Source: an uncultured Chitinophagales bacterium (GTDB taxonomy: Bacteria > Bacteroidota > Rhodothermia > Balneolales > CAYWCV01). Taken from it: a stretch of 54,284 nt of DNA. Under the pieces are notes generated by a model. It searched no databases. It saw only the letters and a list, made by a program, of their open reading frames with translations, and was not told where the DNA came from. Positions 36,524 through 46,285 of this stretch are shown piece by piece. Numbering within the stretch: the first letter of the stretch is position 1; each line of letters starts with the position of its first letter. Both the position numbers and the translations under genes were made by a program. The stretch is from NCBI GenBank assembly GCA_964640035.1, contig CAZXGO010000005.1:8997-63280 (forward strand), read 5' to 3'.

Positions 36524-38065
36524 ATGAAGTTTAAACGATCGGCAGGTACCCTAGTCCACCCCACTTCGTTTCCTACAGACTTTGGTATTGGCGATTTAGG
36601 TCAGTCAGCTCGACATTTTATAGATTTTCTCGTTGAAACGGATCAAAGTTCCTGGCAGGTTCTACCGCTGTGCCCCACTGGGTATGGAAATAGTCCCTAT
36701 GCGAGCTATTCTGCATTTGCCGGAAACCATTATTTAATTGATCCCTATGTGCTAATTAAAAAAGGGCATTTAGAACCGTCGGATATAAAGAGTCATAAAA
36801 TCCCTCAGAATACAAAGGTTCCCTACGAAAAAGCGTTTGCTCTTAAAGATAGATTGTTTCATAAAGCATTTGATCATTTTGCGACCAAGGGCAACGCCAG
36901 CCAGAAAGCTTCCTTTGAGGACTTCAAAAAAAAGAATGAAACCTGGCTGCCTGATTACGCTTTGTTCATGGCAGCGTTCGAACACTTTGGAAAAGTGGTT
37001 TGGAATCAGTGGGATGATGCACTAGCATCCAGAAAGCCGGCAGCAATTAAAGCCTGGAAAACGAAACTGGCTGATGTAATTCACTATCACGAATGGCTTC
37101 AGTTCGAATTTTTTTCTCAATGGCATGAACTTAGATCGTATGCCAATAAAAGAGGGATTTCCATTATTGGAGACATACCCATCTTTGTGGATCATAATAG
37201 TGCCGATGTATGGTCTAATCCTCATTTGTTTGAAATTGATAAAGGGGGGAATAGGGTTCTAGTTTCGGGTGTTCCTCCTGATTATTTCAGTGAAACGGGC
37301 CAGCGCTGGGGTAATCCACTGTATAAGTGGGACAAAATGGAAAAAGAGGGATACAGATGGTGGATTGATCGTTTCCGTCAGATGCTACAGCTCTATGATT
37401 CCATCAGAGTCGATCATTTTAGGGGTTTTGACGCCTATTGGGAAATAAAAGCAACGGAAGAAACTGCGGTAAAAGGACGTTGGGTAAAGGGACCCGGTGC
37501 CAAGCTGTTTAATGCCATTCAGGTTGCATTGGGTGAAATACCCATCATCGCTGAGGATCTTGGTGTTTTAACGAAGGAAGTGATAGAGCTCAGAGACCGC
37601 TTCGGTTTCCCGGGTATGAAGATTTTGCAGTTCGCATTCAACGATAATGCAGCAAATAGCTTTTTGCCCCACAATTACACAACTACGAATTGTGTGGTTT
37701 ACACGGGTACTCATGATAACGACACAACCCTGGGATGGTATCAAAAGGGCACCGAGTTAGAGCGACACCGCTGCAGAGAGTACACTCGAAGTGATGGTGA
37801 AAAAATTCAATGGGAACTTATTCGACTGGGTTATTTATCGGTTGCAGACCAATGTATCGTACCCCTCCAAGACTTCATGAATCTGGACAGTGAACACCGA
37901 ATGAATTTTCCAGGACTTTCCTCTGGAATGTGGGAGTGGCGATATACAGATGCTATGTTTACATCAATCGATCGAGGCTACATTAAGTATCTTGTGAATC
38001 TATCAAATCGAAATGCACACATCCATAGCGATGACAGCAATCTGGTTGAAATCAAGCCCGAATGA
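36524..38065 (+). CDS. malQ: 4-alpha-glucanotransferase (amylomaltase, GH77)
   Basis: HPTS, WQVLPL, GVPPDYFSETGQRWGNPLY, RVDHFRGF, AEDLG, GTHDNDT. Confidence 0.97.
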   Translation: MKFKRSAGTLVHPTSFPTDFGIGDLGQSARHFIDFLVETDQSSWQVLPLCPTGYGNSPYASYSAFAGNHYLIDPYVLIKKGHLEPSDIKSHKIPQNTKVPYEKAFALKDRLFHKAFDHFATKGNASQKASFEDFKKKNETWLPDYALFMAAFEHFGKVVWNQWDDALASRKPAAIKAWKTKLADVIHYHEWLQFEFFSQWHELRSYANKRGISIIGDIPIFVDHNSADVWSNPHLFEIDKGGNRVLVSGVPPDYFSETGQRWGNPLYKWDKMEKEGYRWWIDRFRQMLQLYDSIRVDHFRGFDAYWEIKATEETAVKGRWVKGPGAKLFNAIQVALGEIPIIAEDLGVLTKEVIELRDRFGFPGMKILQFAFNDNAANSFLPHNYTTTNCVVYTGTHDNDTTLGWYQKGTELERHRCREYTRSDGEKIQWELIRLGYLSVADQCIVPLQDFMNLDSEHRMNFPGLSSGMWEWRYTDAMFTSIDRGYIKYLVNLSNRNAHIHSDDSNLVEIKPE

Positions 38066-38131
38066 GCGAAATTTTAAGTTCCCGGTACATTTTTGTATAT
38101 TCCTTGATTGGATACTACAAATCCCACTTGT

Positions 38132-38953
38132 ATGTCGTTTGAATTATCGCATCTTCCAAAACGGATTGCGAAACCTAGAAATAATGGTATCACCCTCGTA
38201 CTTGATAAAGGGTTCAGTGTACGAGAAACGGAAGATTTTATCGAATCTTCTTCAACCTATACTGATATTGTCAAACTAGGTTGGGGAACAGCGTGTGTTA
38301 CGGCCAATCTCGAGAAAAAGCTCGAAGTGTACAAGAACGCTGGAATCCCTGTCTATTTCGGTGGAACACTTTTCGAAGCGTATGTGCTTAGAAACGAATT
38401 AGACAAGTACCTTCGCGTACTCGACAAATACGGTATTGGTTATGTCGAAGTCTCTAATGGCACAATTTGGCTTTCAGAAGAGAAAAAGATTGCTATCATT
38501 CGCGAGCTTACAAAAAATTTCACGGTACTTTCTGAAGTTGGCAGTAAAAATCCGAACGAAATCATCCCGCCATACAAATGGGTTAAATCTATTCAAGCTG
38601 AAATCGATGCCGGTGCGTGGAAAATCATCACCGAAGCTCGTGAATCAGGTACTGTTGGGGTGTTTCGTCCAAATGGTGAAGTAAGATCCGGTTTGATCGA
38701 TGAAATTGCTGATCAAATTAGCGTTGAAAAATTGTTGTTTGAAGCCCCACAAAAAGAGCAACAGGTTTGGTTTATCAGGAAGTTTGGAAGCAATGTGAAC
38801 CTAGGAAACATTGCGCCTAATGAGGTTATCTCTCTTGAAACCTTGAGATTAGGTCTGCGTAGCGACACCTTGTTTGATTTCTACACCCTCGACGATGAAA
38901 CCAGTTCATTTCTGCACGGAGCTACCGGACAGATCGAATCCAATGAATCATAA
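38132..38953 (+). CDS. comA: Phosphosulfolactate synthase
   Basis: KPR..G.T.VLDKG, VKLGWGT, GGTLFE, SEVGSK, EARESG, FEAP.K, VNLGNI, LETLRLGLR.DT. ATG 38132 preferred over TTG 38108. Confidence 0.93.
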   Translation: MSFELSHLPKRIAKPRNNGITLVLDKGFSVRETEDFIESSSTYTDIVKLGWGTACVTANLEKKLEVYKNAGIPVYFGGTLFEAYVLRNELDKYLRVLDKYGIGYVEVSNGTIWLSEEKKIAIIRELTKNFTVLSEVGSKNPNEIIPPYKWVKSIQAEIDAGAWKIITEARESGTVGVFRPNGEVRSGLIDEIADQISVEKLLFEAPQKEQQVWFIRKFGSNVNLGNIAPNEVISLETLRLGLRSDTLFDFYTLDDETSSFLHGATGQIESNES

Positions 38954-38967
38954 AGGCAGAATACCAG

Positions 38968-39762
38968 ATGAATGTTTTATACGCAGCCGCTGAGATTTCT
39001 CCTTTTGCCAAAATGACAAACACGGCTGATTTGCTGCGTTTTCTGCCGGCATCACTACAGGACAAGGGTTTTCAAATACGAATTTTACTTCCTAAATACG
39101 GAAGTATTAACGATCGTCGCAATCGTTTACACGAAGTTATTCGCCTCTCCAATATTCCGGTACCCTCCGGTGATGAGATGGAGAATATGAAGATCAAAGT
39201 CGCTAGTATTCCAAATGCTAAACTGCAGGTTTACTTTCTGGATAACGATACGCACTTTGGTCGAAAGGGGATGTTTACAGATCCTAAAACAGATAAGCCT
39301 TATCCAGATAATGATCAGCGTCTCGTTTTTTACAACCGCGGTATCATGGAGACGGTTATCAAGCTTAACTGGACACCAGATTTAATTCATTGTCATGACT
39401 GGGCCTCCGGTTTTGTTCCGGTCTACCTAAAGACACTCTACAGAGATCATCCTATTTTCAAGAACACGAAAGTGGTTTACAATATCCACAGTCCAGTCAA
39501 TGAGGGTGTTTTTGATGAGACTATCTTCAAATATTTGCATCTTCCAGACGATTTCGACAAATCAACCGTTATGACCAACGGTAAAGTCGATTTTTTGCGA
39601 GCAGGTTTGCGGTATGCTGATTACGTTGTTACAGGGAATGAATTGGGCAACCAATTAGACCCTCTTTTCGATGAGTTAGGCATCAAACCACATAAAATTC
39701 AGGGTGCTCCGCAAGATGTATCGCAAAAATTCGCAGACTATTACCGACAGCTAATACCCTGA
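38968..39762 (+). CDS. Short glycogen/starch synthase-like protein (GT5 N-terminal domain only)
   Basis: YAAAEISPF, PKYG.IN.RRN.LHEVIRLS, PDLIHCHDW. Only 264 aa, and the KTGG motif is replaced by KMTN. Confidence 0.8.
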   Translation: MNVLYAAAEISPFAKMTNTADLLRFLPASLQDKGFQIRILLPKYGSINDRRNRLHEVIRLSNIPVPSGDEMENMKIKVASIPNAKLQVYFLDNDTHFGRKGMFTDPKTDKPYPDNDQRLVFYNRGIMETVIKLNWTPDLIHCHDWASGFVPVYLKTLYRDHPIFKNTKVVYNIHSPVNEGVFDETIFKYLHLPDDFDKSTVMTNGKVDFLRAGLRYADYVVTGNELGNQLDPLFDELGIKPHKIQGAPQDVSQKFADYYRQLIP

Positions 39763-39802
39763 TTCCACTGATTTATTTTATCCTGTGCCTGACCAGAACA
39801 TA

Positions 39803-40984
39803 ATGACAAAGCGCATACGCTGGCAGATTTTGCTACTTTGTGCTATACCGATCCTTTTGACATCCTGCGACCAAACGACTAGCGTCGGGGGGAGCATTGT
39901 GCCCGATCGTACCATCATTGCGTCTGACACGCTAATAGTTCCCAGTTTGGAGCCATCCGTACGTGGTAAAGATTCATTGAATGCGTATACGGGCGACCTC
40001 GCATTTGTATCAGCTGGTACATATAATGATCCATGGTATGGTTCAATTACGGCAAACACCTATATATTACCTAGCCTTCTTTTAAGCGGGCTCGTAGATA
40101 CTCTTGATGAAAAAACGATTGCTACCCTTCGACTTGTACCCACTACTATCTACGGTGATACCCTATCAACAGCACGATTTGGTTTATATCGCGTAACGCA
40201 GCGATGGAGACCATCTGAATTCAGGGCAAAAACTAAGGTGGCAGTTGAAGCAACACCATTCACGACTTTTGAAATGTCGGCTGATACTGCCGTCACCATT
40301 ACATTGCCAAGCACTTGGTTGAATGAATACAAGGAATTTGTTTATTCAACATCATCAAATAAGGACTCGACATATGTGAGAAACTATTTTGGTTTTGCCA
40401 TTAAACCCCTTGATGAGAGTAAGGTTTTTTCTTTTCCTAAAGATTCTATCAAAATCAATTTTTATAATCCCAAGGATACGAACACCGTATTCGTCAGAGC
40501 TAGCGCATACAATTTTAGTCGCCAAGCCACATCAAAATCATCAGGGGGATTCCAGGTATCTTCAAACCAAGAAAATCTGCCTAGTTTTTTCCTGAAATTG
40601 GATTTAAACAGGCTCAAAGATGTCAACATATCCAGAGCTGTAATTCGCCTTGAAGAGATCACTGATTTAGAGCCCCCACTTCCTGCCGGTCATAAGAGAC
40701 CTAATTCACTCGTACTTAGTGCTTATAGTCCTGCTGGATTATTGGATCCTAATGATATCATCGTGCTAACTCCTGCGATTACATTCATTCGCCAAGTAGA
40801 CAACAGTTACCAGGCTAACGTTACAAATCTTGTGCGACAGATGATTGTTTCAGGTGAATCAGAGAAGCGTTACTACCTCGCCGTTCAACCGAGGTCTGGA
40901 ATAATGCACAATGTTATGATCAATAACACCTATCCAAAACAGCCAAGATTGATCTTGTCTGTCGTTAAAAGGAGCGAGCAATGA
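39803..40984 (+). CDS. Lipoprotein, DUF4270-like
   Basis: Lipobox LLTSC after a hydrophobic stretch, G.YNDP..G pattern. Follows the short glgA-like gene, as DUF4270 genes do in Bacteroidota. Confidence 0.65.
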   Translation: MTKRIRWQILLLCAIPILLTSCDQTTSVGGSIVPDRTIIASDTLIVPSLEPSVRGKDSLNAYTGDLAFVSAGTYNDPWYGSITANTYILPSLLLSGLVDTLDEKTIATLRLVPTTIYGDTLSTARFGLYRVTQRWRPSEFRAKTKVAVEATPFTTFEMSADTAVTITLPSTWLNEYKEFVYSTSSNKDSTYVRNYFGFAIKPLDESKVFSFPKDSIKINFYNPKDTNTVFVRASAYNFSRQATSKSSGGFQVSSNQENLPSFFLKLDLNRLKDVNISRAVIRLEEITDLEPPLPAGHKRPNSLVLSAYSPAGLLDPNDIIVLTPAITFIRQVDNSYQANVTNLVRQMIVSGESEKRYYLAVQPRSGIMHNVMINNTYPKQPRLILSVVKRSEQ

Positions 40985-42273
40985 AAAAAGTATTTTTTGT
41001 TCTTCTCCTATTTATCTACGGACAAAACGCATTTTCACAGGCGCAATTCAGCAATGAACGCGATCGCTGGAAGTCTGGATCGGTCTATTCGTATTTTGGT
41101 GTAGGAATGCCTAATCATTTCTACTCCTCCCAGGCGGCCGCCATGGGATTACAGGGGGTTTCACTCTACAATCCATATTCAAATAATGGTTCAAATCCAG
41201 CTTTATGGGGATATCCCGTTTTTACGACGGGTGTAGCCAGTCTATATGTACAGTCGTATGATGCAAAGGATTCTAATCAAAACGCTGCCTTTACAAACGT
41301 TGGAATAGGTTCGGCACAGATATTGTTTCCTGTAGAACGAAATAGATTGGGACTCAATATATCTTTGCAGCCTTACTCAACAGTCGGGTATCGCATTCAG
41401 ACTCAAAATACCATAAATGCTGGCGACTTACTCAGCGACGCCGATGTAAGTTATCTAACAGAGCAACGCGGTGTTGGTGGACTCAATAAACTAGAGGCTG
41501 GAATTGGTTTTGGAATCACTAAAGGGATATCAGTCGGTTTTGCACCTTCACTTGTCTTTGGATTGATTGAGCGAGATAATGAAATCGCATTTGATACGCT
41601 TTTGTTTCAAAACGTTGAATTTAAAAATCGCGAATCATTAAGAGGTTTTGGTGGTCGGGCCGGATTTATGGCCAACAAATCCTCCATATTCAGAGACGAA
41701 GATAATTTCAGCCTCGGTCTGAGTTATGAATTACCAACAAAAGTTGATTTTAAAGAAAGACTCTACACCCGTTATCTGGCGGATGAAGTAGAACTACCAA
41801 CTCGAACCGATGCTCAACAAACGATACCATCTAAACTTACTGCTGGTTTAGCATATCGTCCCTCGAACTGGTTTTTGATCTCAGGGGAAGTATCGCACCA
41901 AGCATGGGGAGGGTACAAAGATGTTGGGTCATTGGACCAGGTATCCTTTGTAGATCAAACAACACTTGGTTTAGGGGCAGAGTTAACCATTAAAAATCGA
42001 AGACCTAACAAATTTTTAACACAGTTAATTTATCGTGGTGGCTTGTCCCATGACTCAGGATATCTTAAATTCGGAGGTCAGAACATCTCAACTACATCTA
42101 TTCATGGTGGTTTTGGCATTCCGTCGCGCTTCACTAGTTCATCGATCGATATCAACTTCAGTTATGGAGTCAGAGGTCCGGGTGGTGATGATTTTGTGAC
42201 GGAGAAAATATTTCTGACTCGCATCTCGTTCAATTTATCAGAACCAATGTTCATCAGAAGAAAGCTTCAATAG
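40981..42273 (+). CDS. Outer-membrane beta-barrel protein (FadL/TodX-like Bacteroidota family)
   Basis: Signal peptide, S.YS.FG.G...AMG...NPA, PYS.VGY, G.GGLN, amphipathic strands. Confidence 0.7.
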   Translation: MKKVFFVLLLFIYGQNAFSQAQFSNERDRWKSGSVYSYFGVGMPNHFYSSQAAAMGLQGVSLYNPYSNNGSNPALWGYPVFTTGVASLYVQSYDAKDSNQNAAFTNVGIGSAQILFPVERNRLGLNISLQPYSTVGYRIQTQNTINAGDLLSDADVSYLTEQRGVGGLNKLEAGIGFGITKGISVGFAPSLVFGLIERDNEIAFDTLLFQNVEFKNRESLRGFGGRAGFMANKSSIFRDEDNFSLGLSYELPTKVDFKERLYTRYLADEVELPTRTDAQQTIPSKLTAGLAYRPSNWFLISGEVSHQAWGGYKDVGSLDQVSFVDQTTLGLGAELTIKNRRPNKFLTQLIYRGGLSHDSGYLKFGGQNISTTSIHGGFGIPSRFTSSSIDINFSYGVRGPGGDDFVTEKIFLTRISFNLSEPMFIRRKLQ

Positions 42274-42317
42274 TAGATCTATTCCCCTTTGTCTTTTCAC
42301 TTTTTCGATTTTTTGTC

Positions 42318-43622
42318 ATGAAAAAACTTCTCTTCATCTTCGCTTTTGTTCTTGGACTTGGCTCAGTAGTACAAGCCCAAGATATCCCAGAGCGTCCTTT
42401 AGAGGCCTTTTCTCTTTTTACCACGAATTATACGATGAAGGACTATGCTTTTGCCCTTCCTTATGGCAAGCACCTCATCAAAAATTTCCCCAAACAGCTA
42501 CCAGAACATCCAACGTATCGTGGACATACTGTTTTCTTACGAATGATCCGTATCTACGGAGCAATGGCCGAAGAAGCCATGGATCCATCCATAAAATCTG
42601 CGTACCTAGATACCGCATCAACACTATTTGATCAGGTATTTGAGCTTTTTACTCCTGAGGAAATTGATGTTTTTGAATGGAAACTCGAAAGAGGAACATT
42701 CTATCAGACCAATGCTGATTTTGTTGAAAATGGATTGAATCGAGCCATTGAACAGTACCGCGAAATGTATACTCTAGATCCAAATCGTACGATCGAATTA
42801 GGAGAAGGGTATTACGCTGGACTGATTGTTCAAAATATGGTTAGCAATGGCGAACGAGACGAAGCAGTATCATTAATCGAAAAAACGATTGGTAAAGTTG
42901 ATGCTACCACCGCTGAGTATTTTGACCGGGTAATGAATTCGTTATTCAGCAATCCAGCTGAACGAGTTGTTTTCCTGGAATCTAAGTTTGAAAAAGACCC
43001 AGAAAATCTCGAACTCATGGGAGAACTTTTTGACCTATACGTTCGAACAGATAACCTAGAGAAGGTTAATGAGTTTGGTACGAAGCTTTTCCAGGCTGAT
43101 CCAAACTTCAAAAACACGATGCGTATGGCCGATCTTGCAAGAAAGAATGGTGATTATCGCTCATCAAATTCATACTTAGACCAGGCAGTCGGCAAAGCTG
43201 AAACTAATGAAGAGAAATCGGCAATTTACCTGGTTATCGCTGATAATAGATTGAACCTCAATGATCTCCGTGGAACGCGTGATGCTGCTCGCCTGGCCAT
43301 TCAGAACAATCCAAATAATGGTAATGCATACTTTAAGATGGCAGAAGCTTATGCTAATGCCGTATCTAGTTGTGCAGGATCAAAAATTGAGCGTGAAGAT
43401 CGCGTGGTCTACTGGCTAGTTCTAGATTACTTGGATCGTGCTAAACGTGCCGATCCTAGTTTGGCAAATTCAGTAAATAGACAAGCCGCCACGTATCAAT
43501 CTGCAGCTCCCAGCGCTGAAGATAAATTCTTCAAGTCTTGGAAAGCAGGGCAGTCCATTCGAGTAGATGGATCTCTTCGTGATTGCTACTCCTGGATTAA
43601 TGAAACTACCACTATTCGCTAG
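42318..43622 (+). CDS. Exported tetratricopeptide-repeat protein
   Basis: Signal peptide MKKLLFIFAFVLGLGSVVQA, helical TPR-like repeats (A..AIQNNPNNGNAY), C-terminal C..WINETT.IR. Confidence 0.75.
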   Translation: MKKLLFIFAFVLGLGSVVQAQDIPERPLEAFSLFTTNYTMKDYAFALPYGKHLIKNFPKQLPEHPTYRGHTVFLRMIRIYGAMAEEAMDPSIKSAYLDTASTLFDQVFELFTPEEIDVFEWKLERGTFYQTNADFVENGLNRAIEQYREMYTLDPNRTIELGEGYYAGLIVQNMVSNGERDEAVSLIEKTIGKVDATTAEYFDRVMNSLFSNPAERVVFLESKFEKDPENLELMGELFDLYVRTDNLEKVNEFGTKLFQADPNFKNTMRMADLARKNGDYRSSNSYLDQAVGKAETNEEKSAIYLVIADNRLNLNDLRGTRDAARLAIQNNPNNGNAYFKMAEAYANAVSSCAGSKIEREDRVVYWLVLDYLDRAKRADPSLANSVNRQAATYQSAAPSAEDKFFKSWKAGQSIRVDGSLRDCYSWINETTTIR

Positions 43623-43678
43623 GTCGAATATCAGGTCTCTGGATTCCTTTTTAAATCCAAAGCCTTTTTGTATTTTAA

Positions 43679-43711
43679 CCGGAGAAGGAATAAAAACTTC
43701 TCCGGCTTTTT
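43679..43711 (+). terminator. Terminator-like hairpin (end of TPR operon or first element of rho leader)
   Basis: CCGGAGAAG (43679-43687) / CTTCTCCGG (43697-43705) perfect 9-bp stem followed by CTTTTT. Confidence 0.6.
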
Positions 43712-43923
43712 CAGTCGGTTCGTAACGACGCTTTTCCTTCCCGATAAAACCATTAGCTAGTGCGTCATCCTCGGTTTGTTTTTCAAACAAACAATGATCA
43801 GGCGAGGAAGTAAACCTGAAACAAACCGACGTATCGGGACTATTTGCGCCATCGTTCTTTCGGAATTCTCCGAGTTTCCTCCAATAACAAGCACGTCATC
43901 ATTAGGTTCAGGCCCGAAAAGGT
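43712..43923 (+). ncRNA. Putative structured 5' leader / cis-regulatory RNA of rho
   Basis: Nested complementary arms 43739-43746/43832-43839, 43771-43781/43819-43829 and 43798-43802/43815-43819, plus competing helices. No known family recognised. Confidence 0.45.
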
Positions 43924-45168
43924 ATGAATTATTACAAAGGTTATAAGAAAAATAAGAATAAGCCTAAGCCCAAGAATAAACATAAAGGTCGTCATAAAGG
44001 TCCTCAAAAAGGAGGCTTTAAAGCACCTGAGTTTGTTCAAAATGCTCAAATCATTTTTGGTGGGCGTTATCGTGGTGTTCTGGAAATACCACCCTCTATT
44101 GGTGGTTATGGGTTTGTTCGTAAACTCGATCATGAGTTTACCAAAACAGCTAAAGATCCTTTCTTGACCCCTGATATGATCTCATTTTACGATCTTCGAC
44201 AAGGTTTGGTGATCGAAGGAGAACTTGATCAAGACATTAAAGGTAATTTACGCGTTGGCTCAATCGAAAAAATAAACGATAAAGCTCCGGATGCCTGGAC
44301 CCAGCTATCCAGATATGAACACCAAACACCGATCATGCCTGTTGAACAGATTACCCTTGCTAAAACGGCAGATGAGATCGATTTAAGGGTAGTGGATTTA
44401 ATTGCACCGATCGGTAAAGGCCAACGAGCGATCATCGTTGCACCCCCAAGAACAGGTAAAACCGTTCTTTTGAAGAGAATAGCTCATGCCATCGATGAGT
44501 ATCATCCCGATATTCACCTTGCTGTGCTATTGGTTGACGAACGTCCGGAAGAAGTAACCGATTTTATGCGTACTACAAAGGGTCGGGTGTTTGCCTCTTC
44601 AAATGACAAACCTACCGAAAGCCATGTGCGTATATCAGAACTTGCCCTAAGTTATGTGAAGCGTAAAGCAGAAGCAGGAGAGGATGCCGTTCTTCTTATC
44701 GATTCTCTAACCCGTTTAGGTCGGGCCTATAATGCTGCTGCTACAAACAGTGGACGAACGATGTCCGGAGGTATGGACATCAGAGCTTTGGAAATACCCA
44801 AGAAGATTTTTGGATCTGCCAGAAAAATTGAGGGTGGTGGATCACTTACCATCATTGCCACCTGTCTAGTGGAAACGAATTCCCGTATGGATGACCTCAT
44901 TTTTGAAGAGTTCAAAGGCACCGGGAATATGGAGCTGGTTCTAGATCGAGAACTTGCAAATGACAGAGTTTTCCCCGCAATAAACATTGCCTCCTCCGGC
45001 ACTCGAAATGAAGAACGTTTCATCGAAGGATCCCTTGATGAGCGGAATATGGTTCGACGTTACCTCCTCAAAAAATCGCCGAAGGAGTCAATGACAAGTT
45101 TACTTCAAGTTCTAAGCAGAACACATAGCAATACCGAACTATTGAATCAAATATCGGCACTTGCTTAG
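43924..45168 (+). CDS. rho: Transcription termination factor Rho (atypical N-terminus)
   Basis: GVLEI...GYGFVR, PIGKGQR..IVAPPRTGKT, LLVDERPEEVTD, DSLTRL.RAYN, EEFKGTGNMEL. Confidence 0.95.
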   Translation: MNYYKGYKKNKNKPKPKNKHKGRHKGPQKGGFKAPEFVQNAQIIFGGRYRGVLEIPPSIGGYGFVRKLDHEFTKTAKDPFLTPDMISFYDLRQGLVIEGELDQDIKGNLRVGSIEKINDKAPDAWTQLSRYEHQTPIMPVEQITLAKTADEIDLRVVDLIAPIGKGQRAIIVAPPRTGKTVLLKRIAHAIDEYHPDIHLAVLLVDERPEEVTDFMRTTKGRVFASSNDKPTESHVRISELALSYVKRKAEAGEDAVLLIDSLTRLGRAYNAAATNSGRTMSGGMDIRALEIPKKIFGSARKIEGGGSLTIIATCLVETNSRMDDLIFEEFKGTGNMELVLDRELANDRVFPAINIASSGTRNEERFIEGSLDERNMVRRYLLKKSPKESMTSLLQVLSRTHSNTELLNQISALA

Positions 45169-45182
45169 TTTGCTTAGCAAGC

Positions 45183-45509
45183 TTACATAAAGGGCATACT
45201 AGGATCGATTTCTCGGACCCATTGGGTCATCCCACCGGTCATATTACGAACATTGGTGAATCCTTGACCCCTTAAGAATTGGCAAGCACTACCACTGCGA
45301 GCACCACTTCTACAATAGACAATGACTTCACCGTTTTTAAACTCTTCGATCTGCTCTAATTGATGAGGTAAATCGCCGAGTGGGATTAAATGCCCACCAA
45401 TATTGGCCATATCGTGTTCAAACGGTTCCCTAACGTCAATGATGACGAGATCTTCGTTATTTTTTAGTCGTTCGCTCAGTTCCTGAACGCTTATATCGCC
45501 TGTATTCAT
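45183..45509 (-). CDS. Rhodanese-like domain protein
   Basis: IDVREPFE, YCRSGARS, N..GG...W...IDP. Confidence 0.9.
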   Translation of the reverse strand: MNTGDISVQELSERLKNNEDLVIIDVREPFEHDMANIGGHLIPLGDLPHQLEQIEEFKNGEVIVYCRSGARSGSACQFLRGQGFTNVRNMTGGMTQWVREIDPSMPFM

Positions 45510-45515
45510 GATGAT

Positions 45516-46280
45516 TTATGTATTATTTGGTTTGTATCGTTCTAATGTAAACTGTTGACCGAGATACCGCTCTCTAGCTTCCTGATCGCTTGCTAATAGA
45601 TCTGCTGTACCTTCTTTTAAAATGTTGCCTTCATACATTAAATAAGCACGGTCGGTGATGGCTAGTGTTTCGTGCACATTATGATCCGTAATCAAGATTC
45701 CAATATCCTTTTGTTTCAAGGAGTAAATAATACGCTGGATGTCTTCAACGGCTATAGGGTCTACACCGGCAAAGGGTTCGTCTAACAATAAAAAGGTAGG
45801 ATTTGAAGCCAGAGCACGAGCGATCTCTGTTCGACGTCGTTCACCACCAGACAGGGTAAATCCTTTGTTTTGTGCTACTTTTTCCAGCCCAAACTCTTTG
45901 ATCAGCTCTTGGGTTCGATCATTTCTTTCTGCTGCACTTATTGACTGAAATTCCAGGATCGTGTGGATATTATTCCAGACGGTTAAATTCCTGAAGATAC
46001 TTGCCTCCTGTGCCAAATACCCAATACCAAGACGCGCACGCTTATACATGGGCATACTACTGATGTCAAGATCGTTATAATAAATACTGCCCTGATCTGG
46101 CTGAATGAGTCCGACGATAGAATAAAATGTAGTTGTCTTTCCAGCGCCATTTGGACCCAATAAGCCAACGATCTCACCACGATGTACGGATATACTCACA
46201 TCGTTGACGACCCGTCGTTTTTTATAGACCTTCACAAGAGATCGACAACCAAGAATATCAGCAGCTTTGGGAGCATCCAT
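45516..46280 (-). CDS. lptB: LPS export ABC transporter ATP-binding protein
   Basis: [56 protein letters not shown]. Confidence 0.95.
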   Translation of the reverse strand: MDAPKAADILGCRSLVKVYKKRRVVNDVSISVHRGEIVGLLGPNGAGKTTTFYSIVGLIQPDQGSIYYNDLDISSMPMYKRARLGIGYLAQEASIFRNLTVWNNIHTILEFQSISAAERNDRTQELIKEFGLEKVAQNKGFTLSGGERRRTEIARALASNPTFLLLDEPFAGVDPIAVEDIQRIIYSLKQKDIGILITDHNVHETLAITDRAYLMYEGNILKEGTADLLASDQEARERYLGQQFTLERYKPNNT

Positions 46281-46285
46281 GGACG

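Noticed and set aside
43790-43825. SRP RNA (ffs) or a known riboswitch in the rho leader
   Set aside because: TCAGG...GGAAG is only superficially SRP-like and lacks the CAGG-N-CCGGAAGGAAGCAGC domain IV arrangement. No known aptamer consensus was recognised by eye; an Rfam scan is still advisable.
43470-44133. Minus-strand ORFs (106 and 97 aa) crossing the rho leader
   Set aside because: They overlap well-supported + strand genes, have non-ATG or weak starts, and carry no recognisable motifs.
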